Assembly (NCBI GenBank): GCA_051710585.1 | Contig: JBPESP010000001.1 | Coordinates: 470,156 to 502,155 of the forward strand | DNA from: Sodalis sp. (in: enterobacteria) | GTDB taxonomy: Bacteria; Pseudomonadota; Gammaproteobacteria; Enterobacterales; Enterobacteriaceae | Direction: 5' to 3' | DNA length: 32,000 nt | Notes under the pieces: generated by a model | Told to the model about the DNA's origin: nothing | Databases searched by the model: none | Seen by the model: the letters and a program-made list of their open reading frames with translations, nothing else | Part shown: positions 1 through 13,728 of the stretch, one piece after another | How the letters are laid out: every line of letters begins with the position of its first letter | Numbering within the stretch: the stretch's first letter is position 1 | Made by a program: the position numbers and the translations under genes

Positions 1-118
1 TATCCTAATAGGAGTAACGCTTTCTCTTCTAAGCGTTAAGTTTTATACTTTCGTCATTATAGTAATAATCATGATGTTTGCGATATCCGTAGCTTTACGT
101 CTTCAGAAGAAATAGGCA

Positions 119-943
119 ATGCTAAGACAGCAAGAAATAATAGCAGCTCTAGGTGTAAAATCTACGATTGATCCAGTGTACGAATTTCGGATTAGTGTAG
201 AGTTTCTCAAAGCCTACCTAAAAAAGCATATTTTTATACATACTCTGGTAATGGGTATCAGCGGTGGCCAGGATTCGACGCTGACCGGTAAGATCTGTCA
301 ACAGGTCATTAGTGAACTGCGTCAGGAAACCGGAGTTATAGATTACCAATTTATTGCTGTTCGCTTACCTTACGGCGAGCAAAAGGACGAAGTGGATTGC
401 CAGGATGCAATTGCATTTATCAAGCCTGATCGGGTGATTACAGTTAATATCAAAAGCGCCATTCAAGCCAGCGAAGCGACCTTGCGTAAGGCTGGCATCA
501 TATTAAGCGATTATGTTAAAGGGAATGAAAAAGCTCGTGAACGCATGAAAGTGCAATATAGTATTGCCAGCATGACTACCGGGCTGGTAGTGGGCACTGA
601 TCATGCTTCGGAGGCGGTGACCGGTTTTTTCACTAAGTACGGCGATGGTGGTACCGATATTAACCCTCTCTTTCGGCTGAATAAACGGCAGGGTCGCTCC
701 CTATTGAAATACCTTGGCTGCCCCAAGCACCTTTATATGAAAACACCAACTGCTGATCTAGAGGAGGAGCGCCCTGCGCTACCGGATGAAACGGCGCTGG
801 GCATCACTTATGATATGGTCGATGATTATCTGGAAGGAAAAACTATTAATGCTACCGCAGTACAGGTGATTGAAAATTGGTATCTGCGCACTGAGCACAA
901 ACGCCACCCACCAGTAACGGTCTTTGATGATTTTTGGAAATAG
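119..943 (+). CDS. nadE: NH3-dependent NAD+ synthetase, apparently intact (274 aa)
   Basis: Full-length ORF; ATP-pyrophosphatase P-loop GISGGQDST, plus [39 protein letters not shown] and C-terminal [17 protein letters not shown], all characteristic of enterobacterial NadE. Confidence 0.97.
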   Translation: MLRQQEIIAALGVKSTIDPVYEFRISVEFLKAYLKKHIFIHTLVMGISGGQDSTLTGKICQQVISELRQETGVIDYQFIAVRLPYGEQKDEVDCQDAIAFIKPDRVITVNIKSAIQASEATLRKAGIILSDYVKGNEKARERMKVQYSIASMTTGLVVGTDHASEAVTGFFTKYGDGGTDINPLFRLNKRQGRSLLKYLGCPKHLYMKTPTADLEEERPALPDETALGITYDMVDDYLEGKTINATAVQVIENWYLRTEHKRHPPVTVFDDFWK

Positions 944-3900
944 TCTCCAGCAGACACATTGTCGCAATACCTTTCCTACGCTTCAAGCCAGGTTATCTCT
1001 TCAAGGAAGGTGCAACTAATCTTCTTTTAATATCCTGCAGTTAAGCAAAATGTGACATATCACACGTCCCGGTACATTTATTACCGGTCAATGACACAGC
1101 TATTTACGTCATATATTTCTCAATGCTGGCAAACGTCGCTGTGCATCGATCCAGATTTTAAGTTACCAGAAAATGATGCTGTGCATCAGTAATATTACTG
1201 GCTAGGTGGCCAGAGATACGGTTTTCAGTAATTACATTTTAAATAACAGTATATTCTGGATTGCAAACGCCTATAATCGCATGGCATAGCGACTGCTAGT
1301 AAACGTATATAAAATCTCTATATTGTCACTAATCGGGTTGCATATCAGGAATAAAAAGAATAGATCTTAATTTTAAACATGCTGCAAGAGAACAGTGCCC
1401 TATATCTGGATCGCCAAGCCCACTTTCTTGGATTTTATTAATTTAAATAATTATTTTCTTGCTATCGTATACGTCATACTAGCTATGATGCTGTATTGTT
1501 CTAAAGTAAAACTTCATACCTTATTTTAAGTCTTCCAGTTTAGTGTATTGAGTGACATAGTGAATTGGAGGTTCTAAATAAAAGTGATATCCCTATTTCA
1601 AAACAAGATTTCGCAAAATGAAAAGAAATCTTCATCCTTAATACAAACTTAAATTCACTTAACTGGTTATCGAAAAAAAATAATACAGTCGCGTAAGTAG
1701 TAAAAGCATGGACATCAGGCTTTTTTATGATAACAAGATGGTTAAATTCACTGCGTGATGAGCGGCAATAAAAAACGCTAAAGTATCTCCCATAACTCTA
1801 AAAAATTAAAATACTTAAGTTTAATAAGAAGATACAATATATTAAAATGGGACATGAAATATTTAAAATTTATATAAGCTATTGATTAAACTCCTTAAAA
1901 ATTTCTTATTAATCTGTAAATTTAGAGCGTATTATCTCTGTTTAGCTACACTCTGTAATGAGTTCGGAGCTTATTCAAATAGTTTCAAATACTGGAAAAA
2001 TGTACCCTAATAGGTTAAACGGCAGGTAAATGGTATTGCGCAGTTAGGTTAACAAACTACACAGTATTAGATATGGTGGGATTAGTGTGAAAGTATCCTG
2101 ACCATGGAAAAAAAGAGAGTTTTTCGTATGTGGGGTCCTTGTCCCGCAAGTTGGCTGATGAAAAAAACTGAAGCTGCTTAGTTATCAGCAGGAAACGCTG
2201 ATGTGTAGGTGTGGTAATTATGCGTATGTTTTGATCCTATATCACCTTAAGCGCCATGCATTGTAATGAAGCTAAACCAGGCATGGTGCGGCAACACCGT
2301 GTATTTAGATTTTTGGAAACGCTGGACATACATTACGGTTCTTTTTGATCTATTCGCGAGGAAACTGGTGGTTAGGCTATATCGTTCCCTCAAAAGAGCA
2401 GACTGACAATAAAAGCACGGGAGATATATTTTAAATTAGCTGGAGTGATGTTCTAAAGTGCCATAGTAACTCTCCTATTAGGAGAGTAGGTAATTTCTAA
2501 CAGTTACTGTGGTCTTGCTAAATTAAATAAAGCATAAGTCGGCGTAGAGACTGTTGGGATAAAAGTCTAATAAAGTGCTTCTTTGGAAATCTAAAAAAAA
2601 CAACTGAATTACTGGTAATGAACTACATAAGATTCAGTGAAACGGTTTATGATATTAAAGACTATATCATGGGATATAGTTGCGCACTTAGGCTGCACAA
2701 GGATATAAAAAGTTTTTATTAAACAAATTAGAAAATAAATACTAAGAAAGCTTTAATAAATTGACTAAGAATATTTAGTTGCTCACTATGTATCTTTTTT
2801 AGGGTTTAAAGGAGTCTAGAATTGACTGCAAATTAGTCCAGAATATTTTGGTATCCCTACAATAAGCATTGTAGCGTTTCTATTAAAATTTTATACACCT
2901 TAATCTCTGAGTAATAAAGCTAGAATCTCCTATCGTGACTGGGAATGATGCGATGCTATAGAAGCGTCGTAGCGGCATAAAGCACACATTATGCAAGATA
3001 TTTATTATTCAAGGTAATATAAGAGCGGACTTTCTACAGCGTTCAGGTTGTAGAGCACTTTGTATATCTATTCGGTATAAAACTCCTAATCGCAGACTGT
3101 GAGTATAAAATTTCCTTACTTGACATCGATGAAAACTTGAATATTCGTAGTTTTTGTTACATTTGATAAACAATCAGCAGCGTTCTGTTCTGTTACTATC
3201 AATACTCGCCAGTAATTGTTATTGCTGTCAGGCAAATGATTTAAATGCGCACTAAGTTGCATAACAAAGACCTCTTGCTTAAGCGCTGTAAGCCGCTGCT
3301 TGTCCTCTGCAGATAAATTTACGTTTTATATATTAATTTTCGATAGATAAATTAAGATAACCAAATTTGGTCAGGATTAACATAAGCTTACTCAAGCTGC
3401 TGATTACAGATTTTTAACCGTGATAACAGTTTAATTTTTAAGTGCATGGCTCTTGTTGAGGGCCAGCAAGTTTGGCTATTTTGCCTCTTTAATATATCGA
3501 AATAGATCACTCTTATTGATGAAGAGTATGCTATTAAAAGTATTGTTTAGCTATTTAAGCAAATTACCTTTTTATACTCCAGCGTCTGGTAAGTATTAAC
3601 AAAAGTGGCAACGTAGGATCGTTGGAAATACGATTTAGATTAATTAGGCTAAGCTATATTTTTTATCCTCGATATCTGATGGATAATCACTATTCTATGT
3701 TCTATCGAACAGCGAGGCTTAATAAGATAATCAACTCGGTTTATTAGAAGAATTTTGCAGAGGATAAACGATGCTATATTGTAATCCTTTCCTGTTATGT
3801 TCTACGCTATTTTATAGAATACCAAACATAAAGATTACTCGTATCTCAAATTTCACACGTACAGTTTGTCATAGGGTAAAAGTAGAAAAAAATTACATAA

Positions 3901-4094
3901 TTTATCCTCTGTATGAGTATTCCCTTATAGAATAAAAGGCTCATGATCTCGGAAAAAATGTTCAATAGGATTTTTTTTCCAGCGTGCAGCATTGTATATT
4001 TTTATATCAAATTTATTGAATGCGGTCAATACACAATAAAATTGATATTTATACTAATAATAGTTACATACCCTTCTAATTTCGAAAAGAAATA

Positions 4095-4118
4095 GTATAT
4101 TTTATATATAAAATATAC
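4095..4118. repeat. 24-nt perfect palindrome (AT-rich)
   Basis: GTATATTTTATATATAAAATATAC equals its own reverse complement. Confidence 0.9.
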
Positions 4119-5998
4119 AAAATATATTAGAGTGTCATTCTTGTAGTACTGATGATAATATATCATTATATCATCAACATTATTTTGATTATATTAACTA
4201 CTTTCGTTAAGAATAGTATAATAAAAGAGCTAATTGTTGATAATTTAAATCATTCCGTCTTCGATGAAATCTGGATGGAGATTTTACTTAATGGGAGAGT
4301 TAATAAATAACTCTGGCAACCCGGTAAAGCCCCTACTGTTACTGAGTCAGCCGTCCGTATCCGACATGATACTCAAATGTGATAATAGTTACTATTCATA
4401 GTAAGAACCCATTCCCACAATGTAAAAATAGCTGAAGGAGAATATCTAATTAAGCTCAAGCGAGTTTAATTAGATCCGTTTAACCTCCCTCTTCCTTCAG
4501 AGGACGGAAGTTAAAAATGTCAGTGGCTTGCTTTAAGAGCCAGAGTGATACTCATAATCATAACCCCTCATCCCAGCCGTATTAGTGACGTCAGCGTAGT
4601 AAGTTTAATTTTATTAGCAATGACATTAAAGTTGATTTCTATCAGCTCGTAAGTTTTGAACGTATCCATTGCTAACTGCCGCTGGCTGAGAAGGGATAGG
4701 GCAATCATCATCTTCTTACATAAGAAAATGATATAAGATGAAGAGGGTTAAAGACTATTTTGCTGATGGTCTCCCTACGCTTTCCTTCCCGTTTATATCA
4801 CCGAAGTTATTCTCTTGGTAATTAGAATTTACGCTTCCAATCATATCATATCTAATATTCTGCTTATCAGCCGACACACAGAACGTAACGGTATCGCCAG
4901 AATGGTCTTTGGGCTGTTTTAGTGATAGACGCAGACCTTTGCTTGCAGCAACGCCATGATTGCGTATCTTCGGCATAATTTAGCTGCAGCAGACTAGAGC
5001 AGTGGATATACAAGTATCATATTCGATGCCAGCAAAAACACTCCCTGAAGAGTGTTTCATATAAGCTTCCAATCACGCCTATGAGGAGCTGCACGTCTAT
5101 TTTAGGAGGGGTATTTTATGCCGGTTGGTAATAACTCATTCGATCTAGAAGACTGTTATATTGATGGATAGCCTTAGTTAGTATATAGCTACAGCTGATT
5201 TAATAACGACGTCCAGAATCCAGCGTGCTGTGTGCTATATGGAGTATTTTACCGCAGCGTGGATGTTAGAGAAAGGCTGTAAAGTAGCTATGCTGCCTGT
5301 TTGCATAAAAAAGGAATATTGTCTATATGTGACTATCATCCTGATATAGGGTATGGTTGAGTGCCTACGCTAGCATATTATATTATGCCATGACATTGTA
5401 TTGTATATTATGAATATTAGTTCTACGGCTAGTTTCCGGCCTTATGCTAGAGTAATATATATGGTTTAGAAAGGCTTTATCTGTCATTTAAACTTAAATT
5501 TGTACACTGAATTGGTTGGTAGGCATAGTACCAAAGTGATAGATATTGAATTCCATTTGATGGTGTAACTATTAGAGAGTTTTGTCGGTATAGTTTAAAG
5601 GCGATAAAGATAAAGTGGAAAAAACCTATAAATGCCGCTTTACTTATGTCGAATAATATTCGCTATAACTGTAATTTTATAGCAATCTTATCAACCTAAT
5701 AAATATCTTGGAAATGATGCCATTCAGCTAGTTCTTCAAATATTCAGGCGCCTACTTATGAGTGACTGATAAGGTAATGTGCTTCAGTTTTTGGATATAT
5801 ACACAAGTCAATGAGCGCCCCACAAAACCCTTTTAAAATAATTTCTAAGCCTAGAATATATAATAAAATCCCTTTTTCCAGTTACTTCTGTGGATAAATT
5901 TATCCTATAAATCAACTTCAGTCATAAGAGCTTTTCAATATCTACTCACTGCAGGAGGGTTATCCTTCGCTAGCGGCAAATACTATATCACATAACAG

Positions 5999-6021
5999 CC
6001 TGATGAATACTATCAGGCTCA
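5999..6021. repeat. 8-bp inverted repeat, 7-nt loop
   Basis: AGCCTGAT - GAATACT - ATCAGGCT. Confidence 0.85.
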
Positions 6022-6910
6022 CAGCGCACTAGGAATAACCAATAAAGAGGCTGCCATTCTATTTTACGTAAAATACAGGGCAAATAACAGCTAAGCTTTT
6101 CAGCGATAGCTATTGAAATATACAGTAACACTTTTAGTCATTTAATTAATCTCTGTACGTAGTAATGTTGACTTTCTTGTTCATGGTTTATAAAGATATT
6201 GAGATGATATTATCGTTAATGATATATATCATTAGTACGTTTTTATACGTAAAATTATAATCAATGCAGCATGTATATAATCCTAACTCGATATTTGTTT
6301 GGCGGAGTGTCAGCATTTAGTACTCCTAGCGCATCTCGGCGCAAGGATACGCTGCAAGCGATAGCGTTCAGTATACATCGTTATCTATTAAGGCGTTATC
6401 ATGTGATAACGAGAAGTTGTGCGATAGAGTCAGGAATAATAGGATGCCGAACATGGGTTGCTAAATAAATAATCTCAACACTTGTGCAGGAAAGCTTTCT
6501 ATCGCCTATGATTATATAGGCTAGTAAATCTGTAGGAAACATGCAACAGTAGCTAAAATACAATGTCTAATTGGGGACCTAACACCCTTCTTGCCTAGAT
6601 CGCCATACGCATATTTATTACTGACGGCGCTATGAGAAGAGACGAATTTTATAAAAAATCCTTACGCTGTACTGCGCTTATAGCGCCACTTCTTTATACT
6701 ATTAAGGATAACAGGATAAAGAAGTCAATATTGTTAGCTCTTACACTGAACTTTCTTGTGCCCTTAGGCATGCAGGTGATAGGTTTTTGTAAAAAACGAC
6801 ACGTAAAAATAATTCTACATCCCATGAGGATAATACACCTAGTAGTTTTAGTACATTTGCTCTGAGTTAAAGGTATTTTCCTGCTCTTCGCCTATCTTGC
6901 TTTTCCTGGG

Positions 6911-8377
6911 TTAATCTTCCTGGCGCGGACGCAACCCTTGTGGCACTAGACCCGCCGCGACAAGCGCACAGAGTGCAATTAGCATTGAAACCCAATACAC
7001 CCCGTGCATAGAGATCGCCACCTGCTGTACTATATGCGCTAAACCTTGAGTATCTTGGCCGTGATGAGCGATAAGATGTTGAACCGGATTATCAATGCCG
7101 GGTAATCTCTGCTGTAAATTTGTATTTAATGTGGTACCTAATACTGCCGTACCTACCACTGATCCTAGCATGCGCGTAAAGACTGTTGAGGCGGTGGCAA
7201 TACCGCGAATCGCAAATGGCGCCTCGTTTTGTACAGAGACCAGAAACGTTGTATTACTCATACCCATGCCAAGGCCGATGATGAATGCCGCCACCCGCGC
7301 ATCGTTAATACTGCTCTGGACGTCAAGCTGTAATAGCAAGAAACTGCCAGCTACAAGCAAAACTGCGCCGCCTACAGCCATCAGACGGTAGGAGGTGTGA
7401 ATCATTAACTTGCCACATAATGTACTTGCTAGAGGCCATCCAAGAGACATCATCGCCAGCGTCCAGCCTGCCTCAAGGGTACTGCCGCCCAGCACGGCCT
7501 GAATATAAGTTGGTAAAAAGGCGGCAATCCCCATCATTGCTGCACCGATAATCAAACCGCCGATATTGCCGGCAATAATAATTTTACTCTGCCACAGCGA
7601 CAACGGGAATAAAGGTGCCGGGCTGCACCGTTGTTCGCGTACTAACAGTACAACGCTAATAACGGTTAGTATCAGCAGCGGTAAACGCCAGTAGCCCAAT
7701 TGTTCACCCTGTAACATGGTAATAAGCAAACCCCCGACTGCAAGGGTCATATAGACTATGCCAGCAATATCTAGAGATACTACCTCCCGTCGCTGGGGCG
7801 CAGTAGGGAGATAATGCGCGAGCAATCCCGCCGAGAGAATTCCTAGTGGGACGTTTATCCAAAATACACCTGACCAGTGAAAATGCCGTACAATAAAAGC
7901 ACCCATTAAAGGACCTATGATCGCCGATACTGCCCAAACACTGGAGAGATAACCCTGTAGACACGCACGTTCTTGCTGGTTATACACATCGGCTATAATA
8001 ATGGTTGTGAGCGGCACTATAGCTCCTGCCCCCAGACCTTGCAGCGCGCGAAAAAAAATCAGTCCCGGTATATTAGTGGCAAAACCGCATAAAATAGATC
8101 CGGTTAGAAACAGTCCTATACCGATAAAAAACACAGGTTTACGGCCAAACATATCGGCCAGGTGGCCGTAAACTGGAATGCTGACGGCTTGTAATAACAG
8201 ATAAATTGAGAATACCCAACTCAGTAGAGGAAAACCACCCAGATTAGCGATGATATCTGGCATAGCAGTGGCGATAATGGTAACTTCTACCGCCACCATA
8301 AACATGGCTAACATACAGGCAATAACTATCCTGCCGCGTCGCCTTAGTGCAACGGTTGTCGTCAGCGTCTTATACAT
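6911..8377 (-). CDS. MFS drug exporter-like transporter, DHA2 (EmrB/QacA, 14-TMS) type, intact (488 aa)
   Basis: Long hydrophobic ORF; MFS motif A GHLADMFGRKPVF, FFRALQGLGAGAIVPL, and VSAIIGPLMGAFIVRHFHWSGVFWINVPLG (motif C/D1 region of the DHA2 family). Confidence 0.9.
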   Translation of the reverse strand: MYKTLTTTVALRRRGRIVIACMLAMFMVAVEVTIIATAMPDIIANLGGFPLLSWVFSIYLLLQAVSIPVYGHLADMFGRKPVFFIGIGLFLTGSILCGFATNIPGLIFFRALQGLGAGAIVPLTTIIIADVYNQQERACLQGYLSSVWAVSAIIGPLMGAFIVRHFHWSGVFWINVPLGILSAGLLAHYLPTAPQRREVVSLDIAGIVYMTLAVGGLLITMLQGEQLGYWRLPLLILTVISVVLLVREQRCSPAPLFPLSLWQSKIIIAGNIGGLIIGAAMMGIAAFLPTYIQAVLGGSTLEAGWTLAMMSLGWPLASTLCGKLMIHTSYRLMAVGGAVLLVAGSFLLLQLDVQSSINDARVAAFIIGLGMGMSNTTFLVSVQNEAPFAIRGIATASTVFTRMLGSVVGTAVLGTTLNTNLQQRLPGIDNPVQHLIAHHGQDTQGLAHIVQQVAISMHGVYWVSMLIALCALVAAGLVPQGLRPRQED

Positions 8378-8705
8378 AGATTCCTGATGGTACGATTTTT
8401 TGTTTGCTGATTATAGCAGTTAGGCACTTGAACGGACAGACGGCAATTCATGGTGGGTCGTTCGTCCGCGTTTTTACGGTTTAGGCAGTATGTTGTACTA
8501 CGACCTTCAGCGGCATTAAGTTGACAAATTTAGCAAAATCTTGTCAGTCTCTGATTATAGAGAATAAGCTAACTTACTTAACGTGGTGCCTATATACTAT
8601 GATTTAGTATGCTCAAGAATTCGGTATAAGTACGATAATCTGAATTAATGCAATTAGAAAGTCAACCCAACAAAGGTAGATTGTTGTTAAGGATAGTTTC
8701 AATAG

Positions 8706-8731
8706 TCAAATTACCATATCAAATTACCATA
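8706..8731. repeat. 13-bp perfect tandem duplication TCAAATTACCATA x2
   Basis: Read directly: 8706-8718 and 8719-8731 identical. Confidence 0.95.
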
Positions 8732-11700
8732 GCTGATATAGCTAATATTGATGCTGATCATCAACATCAAGGGTAATCTTTCATGAATGTTCTATCAGAG
8801 TAAACCTAATAATTATGCATAATTGCGCGTCAGTGCGAAAAGATATTCCAACTCGTTACGCATGGCCTCCATAATATATCGCTGTGTTATTAAGCGGCAA
8901 AAATCCAACTGGTACTTTAGAAGCTATCAGGTATGTTGTTAAGTATGCTTTCCATGCCGACGATGGTTTTAATGCAGCTACTTTTATCGAAAGAACATTC
9001 TTTGTTGTTGGGATTGATTTGCGTATGGTTAATTTCTACCGATATTCGGCTAGCACTGACATTATGGTTAATAAGGATCTGAATGATATCATCATTACAT
9101 CCCGTTCAGTCCTATAAAATTCTTTAGAGTCTTGCCTGTTCCAGGCGAACATATCATGTTTATAGATATACCGACTAGTACTCTGACGTAGCTGTTTAGA
9201 GTATTATAGAGCCAGCGGTATATTATATACACTTCATACTAGGACATATAGTGGATAATGCTTACCTGATCGTCTCGATAGTGCCAGTCACTGTCACGGC
9301 GACTGCCGTCAATTGCTTTAGCTGATGCTGAAGCGGCTAAAAAGCATTTACTTCAGTAATGAAACGGATTGATAGTGGTAAAGGCGCTTTGTGATAGCAT
9401 TATAAGATATCCGCCATCAGTAGTTTATTGAACAGTTTACGCATTGAAATGAGAGGTTGCTATGTGGCGAAAAGAAATATCAGGCTACGTCTCTACTATC
9501 ACGATAATTACCGGTTGTCTAAGGAAACTATTTTTCTGTTATTTTGTTTTCCTTAATTAGCTCAATTTCCATTAGTTTGCGTGCAATTTTAGTGATACTT
9601 TAGGCGCTAAACGCTTGTATTTAAAAAGCACGATATGGGATACTGAGTTATATGCATTCATCATATAGTATGACTGCTTCCATATTTATCTATTTAATTT
9701 AATCAATATACCCGGATTGAGCATATGCTAATTATTAACTTTCTTCTGCTATTTTCACCTTATAATCTAAAAGATTAGGTTACGGTGTAATTTTTATGTT
9801 TATACATTAACTATTTTACTAAAACGTAATTTATTGCATAAATTTAATCCTTTTGGATGAGCTCTGCTTTTTTGCGTCGCCATTATAGAAACTATCCTAT
9901 TTTACTACAGGATAGTTTCTATAATACATTACGCCGGAGTTGAATGGCACCCTGTTGATTGGTTAGAGTTTTAAATTTTGGTTGTGTTGTCGGGCTTTTG
10001 TAGCCCAAGATAACGTACGTTGTCCATTTTGATGGGTAGAAATGATGCAGGTAGTATCCGATAAACGCTACTTAGCTATAACTAGATTGACGATAGTTAT
10101 CGTTTTACAAACTGCTAGGTAAGATCGATATCGAAGCATTTAGCAGTAGAAAATTTTATTATCTAGCTCAGTGTCTTCTACTAGCTACAGCATCTTCTCT
10201 AAAGATCGCAATGAAATTGCGTAAATGCTTTGGGTTAACATTTATATTTAATATAAAATAATTATAAATATTATTTTTAGATAAAAATTATCTTTCTTGT
10301 CCTTAAGAAAAGAGTTTGGCTAGTTAGCAGTTTATAATGTGCCTGCTATTACTATTAATCTTGCATGATATTAGGATTAAGGATTAAGGATGTGTTATGA
10401 ATATCTTTTTATGTATGCTATTATACTCAAATTGCCTAGCCCGCTATTACACTGTCCTGATCACTGTACATCAAACGTGCTATTCTGCAATTTATCTAGA
10501 GCTCATTATATAGCCCTATTTTTCGCCAGTCTGGCGATTTTTACTCTGCTATATTTTTTACAAACTATCTTAGTAGTGCTATTGGCTTATTCAGCGTCCT
10601 CTTTACGGGGTGTGCTAGTTTTTACCGTCCCGTAGGCTAGGGGGCGGATTGCTCATAATGGGGTGGCGATCATAATTATATCTCTTGCTCACGTTAGTTA
10701 CTTACATCACTGACAGTAATTTTTTCGGTATGTACTCTGTTAGCTGGTGATTTTTCTCTTTACTCTCATTGCTATCTTTACTCTCATTGCTAATGGATGA
10801 GAGCAATGTTCACGCATGGCGCTTTAAAGTTAGGTGCCTCCATTATATTTGTGTTTTTATTATCTGGGATTCAGTACCGGAGGGATGGTAAATTGTTGCT
10901 TCTAGCATGGCTATGGCTGGTGGTCCGTTATGCTAACTTTTATCACAGCGCTTTTGCTAAACAGACTGGTTTTCCCTTCACTGCCTCTGTGTATCAATTG
11001 CCATAACCGCGCGCGGTCTGAGGCGTAGCGTTACAACGTAAGTATAATTTGCTAACTTTATTATATTTTCTTATTTTATAAGTTATGTTAGATGGATTAA
11101 GTATATTTAGATAACATCTAATGATTATAGATATGTATATATGTTTAATTATTAAACAATAAATATTATACTTACTGTCTGTGAATTTAATAGAGTATTT
11201 TAACATCTGTTAAATATGTTGCAATTGCGTTTGATGACTTGGCTTTTTGAGCCATTACTGAAGGCTTTCAAGTTGCTTGTCGCTCGTATGTTTACCTTTA
11301 AGAAAGCTAGGAGTAAAACGAGATAATTATGCTATTATTGTGACTAATAAGCAGAAAAACAGCACTGCTGACCGGTATTATATATTTTCACTGCCCATTC
11401 ATTTATGATGAAACAGGAATAGTAGCAGAAAGTAGCTATTTCCTTCTAGAGCTTTTTTGGTTTAGCCATGTATAACGGTCAGTGCTGTGGTCTTTATTTT
11501 ATTAATAAGCGAAATCAACGTTCTAAAAACCACTTTTACTGGCTAATAACCTTTAAATTGCAACTCTATTGGAGTAGCGTTTTAAATTTCTATATTGGTA
11601 TCAGTGGGGGAGGGACTGAAAACCTTTAATGCTTACCACGGTCTATAAGTGATTAATGAACCCGCTATACTAGGCTTTAGCTGAGCGAATAAACAGGCGA

Positions 11701-12148
11701 TCAAGAAACTTGACACGGAAAAGATGCCATCCTGTCTTATCCCAACGAACAGTGGTAGAAGAGGTGCACAAGGAGATGAATTTTCTGTTAAAACTTCCAA
11801 TGGAAGTTTAGCTAAAATAAAATAGCCAGTTAAGGGTGTACTCTATCGCGTGAGTACACATCAAGTGCAAAATAAATAAGTGCAGTACACCTACCCTCCC
11901 CCGCTTTTGTACTTTGCTGTATGTGGAATAGAACCATAATAATGGCGCCCATGTTTGGAGAATTACTTAATTGTGACTATTGTATATCTTCCAAAAACAC
12001 CTGTCCGCCGAAATTGCTAGTTTAACCTATACTGATTGAGTGGTTGCATTTGTATTTTGCAACCAGAGATGCAAACACTGAACCGTGTTGCTTATCTCTG
12101 GTTAAGACTAGTACGACTAGATCACCTCACTGGTAAAGTAAGCTTCAC

Positions 12149-13540
12149 TTAACTTTTCATACTGCTAACCATATCGGCAGGACGGACCCATTCATCAAAT
12201 TGTTCTTCTGTAACATAACCTAATTTTAAGGCGGATACTTTTAACATCAACCCTTCTTTATGGGCTTTTTTTGCGATCTCTGCGGCCTTCTCATACCCAA
12301 TGTGGGTATTAAGCGCCGTTACTAGCATTAAGGATTCGTTCAATAATTGATTTATACGATTATGATTTGGTATGATGCCTAGTGCACAGTGATGATTAAA
12401 GCTATTTATACCGTCCGCTAGAAGTCGTATTGATTGCAGGAAATTATAAATAATCATCGGGCGGTAGACGTTTAGCTCAAAATTTCCGGATGCACCGCCT
12501 ATGTTAATCGCAACATCGTTCCCCATGATTTGGCAACACAACATGGTTATCGCTTCGCACTGTGTAGGGTTAACTTTTCCAGGCATAATAGAACTACCTG
12601 GTTCATTTTCTGGAATGCTCAGCTCACCGATGCCACAACGCGGACCGGAAGCTAGCCAGCGCACATCATTGGCGATTTTCATCAGCGACGCTGCTAGTCC
12701 TTTTAAGGCACCATGGCTGTTAACTAACGCATCGCAGGTTGCTAGGGATTCAAATTTATTTGGTGCAGTAATAAAAGGTTGCTTAGTCAAATCTGCCAAC
12801 GCTTTTGCCACACGGACGGCATATTCTGGATGTGTATTGAGCCCAGTTCCGACGGCAGTGCCTCCCAATGCTAGTTCGCACAGATGCGGTATGCTTTGTT
12901 CAATATGTTTTGCGCTGTGCTTAAGCATCGCTACCCAACCAGATATTTCCTGGCCGAGTGTCAACGGTGTTGCGTCTTGTAGATGAGTCCGACCAATTTT
13001 AACGATATTTTTAAATGCAACCACTTTGGCATCTAGGGTATTTTTTAACATAGCTATCTGTGGCAACAGATTTTCACGGACGGCAACGACCGCAGCAATG
13101 TGCATTGCTGTCGAGAAAACGTCGTTGGAGCTTTGGCTTTTATTAACATCGTCATTGGGGTGTACTAGACACTTTTCACCGCGCCCACCACCAAGCAACT
13201 CACTGGCTCGATTCGCTAGCACTTCGTTCATGTTCATGTTACTTTGGGTACCGGAGCCGGTCTGCCAAACAGCCAACGGGAATTCAGAGGGATGCTTGCC
13301 GGTCAAAACCTCATCCGCGGCCTGGATAATTGCTTGTGCACGTTCAGTTTCAAGTAAACCTAGTTCCTGATTCACTTGCGCTGCCGCGTGTTTAGTTTGT
13401 GCCAGCGCTTTAATCATTTCAGAGGGTATTTTTTCGTTGGAAATACAAAAATATCTTAATGACCGTTGCGTTTGCGCGCCCCAAAGATGGTCTTTTGGGA
13501 CGTCAATCTGCCCAATTGAATCTTTTTCAATACGAGTCAT
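12149..13540 (-). CDS. fumC: Class II fumarate hydratase, apparently intact (463 aa)
   Basis: Full-length ORF with fumarase/aspartase signature [11 protein letters not shown]; [50 protein letters not shown]. Confidence 0.97.
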   Translation of the reverse strand: MTRIEKDSIGQIDVPKDHLWGAQTQRSLRYFCISNEKIPSEMIKALAQTKHAAAQVNQELGLLETERAQAIIQAADEVLTGKHPSEFPLAVWQTGSGTQSNMNMNEVLANRASELLGGGRGEKCLVHPNDDVNKSQSSNDVFSTAMHIAAVVAVRENLLPQIAMLKNTLDAKVVAFKNIVKIGRTHLQDATPLTLGQEISGWVAMLKHSAKHIEQSIPHLCELALGGTAVGTGLNTHPEYAVRVAKALADLTKQPFITAPNKFESLATCDALVNSHGALKGLAASLMKIANDVRWLASGPRCGIGELSIPENEPGSSIMPGKVNPTQCEAITMLCCQIMGNDVAINIGGASGNFELNVYRPMIIYNFLQSIRLLADGINSFNHHCALGIIPNHNRINQLLNESLMLVTALNTHIGYEKAAEIAKKAHKEGLMLKVSALKLGYVTEEQFDEWVRPADMVSSMKS

Positions 13541-13690
13541 TGCTATTATGACCTCCTGGTTATTTTTTACTAAAGATCACTAACTTTGCCTTACAGTGCT
13601 AACTTTTTTATCTAAGCTAAGGCATTTATAGTATAATTATACATAAATACCTACTACTATACGAGTAGTAAGCGCTATTACAATATTAAT

Positions 13691-13728
13691 TAATAAATTA
13701 ATAAATTAATAAATTAATAAATTAATAA
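13691..13728. repeat. 8-bp tandem repeat TAATAAAT, about 4.75 copies
   Basis: taataaat-taataaat-taataaat-taataaat-taataa read directly; lies about 150 nt upstream of the fumC start. Confidence 0.95.

Noticed and set aside
2460-2510. 5S rRNA 3'-end-like string (CTCTCCTATTAGGAGAGTAGG)
   Set aside because: Only a short GAGAGTAGG-type resemblance plus an 8-bp hairpin ACTCTCCT/AGGAGAGT; no 23S or 5S body nearby.
7095-7391. 98-aa + strand ORF inside the MFS transporter gene (also 7704-7964)
   Set aside because: One is antisense to, the other an alternative-frame reading over, a well-supported transporter CDS; no family motifs.
12501-12986. 161-aa and 114-aa + strand ORFs (12501-12986, 13026-13370)
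   Set aside because: Antisense shadows of fumC, which is strongly supported; long antisense ORFs are common opposite conserved genes.
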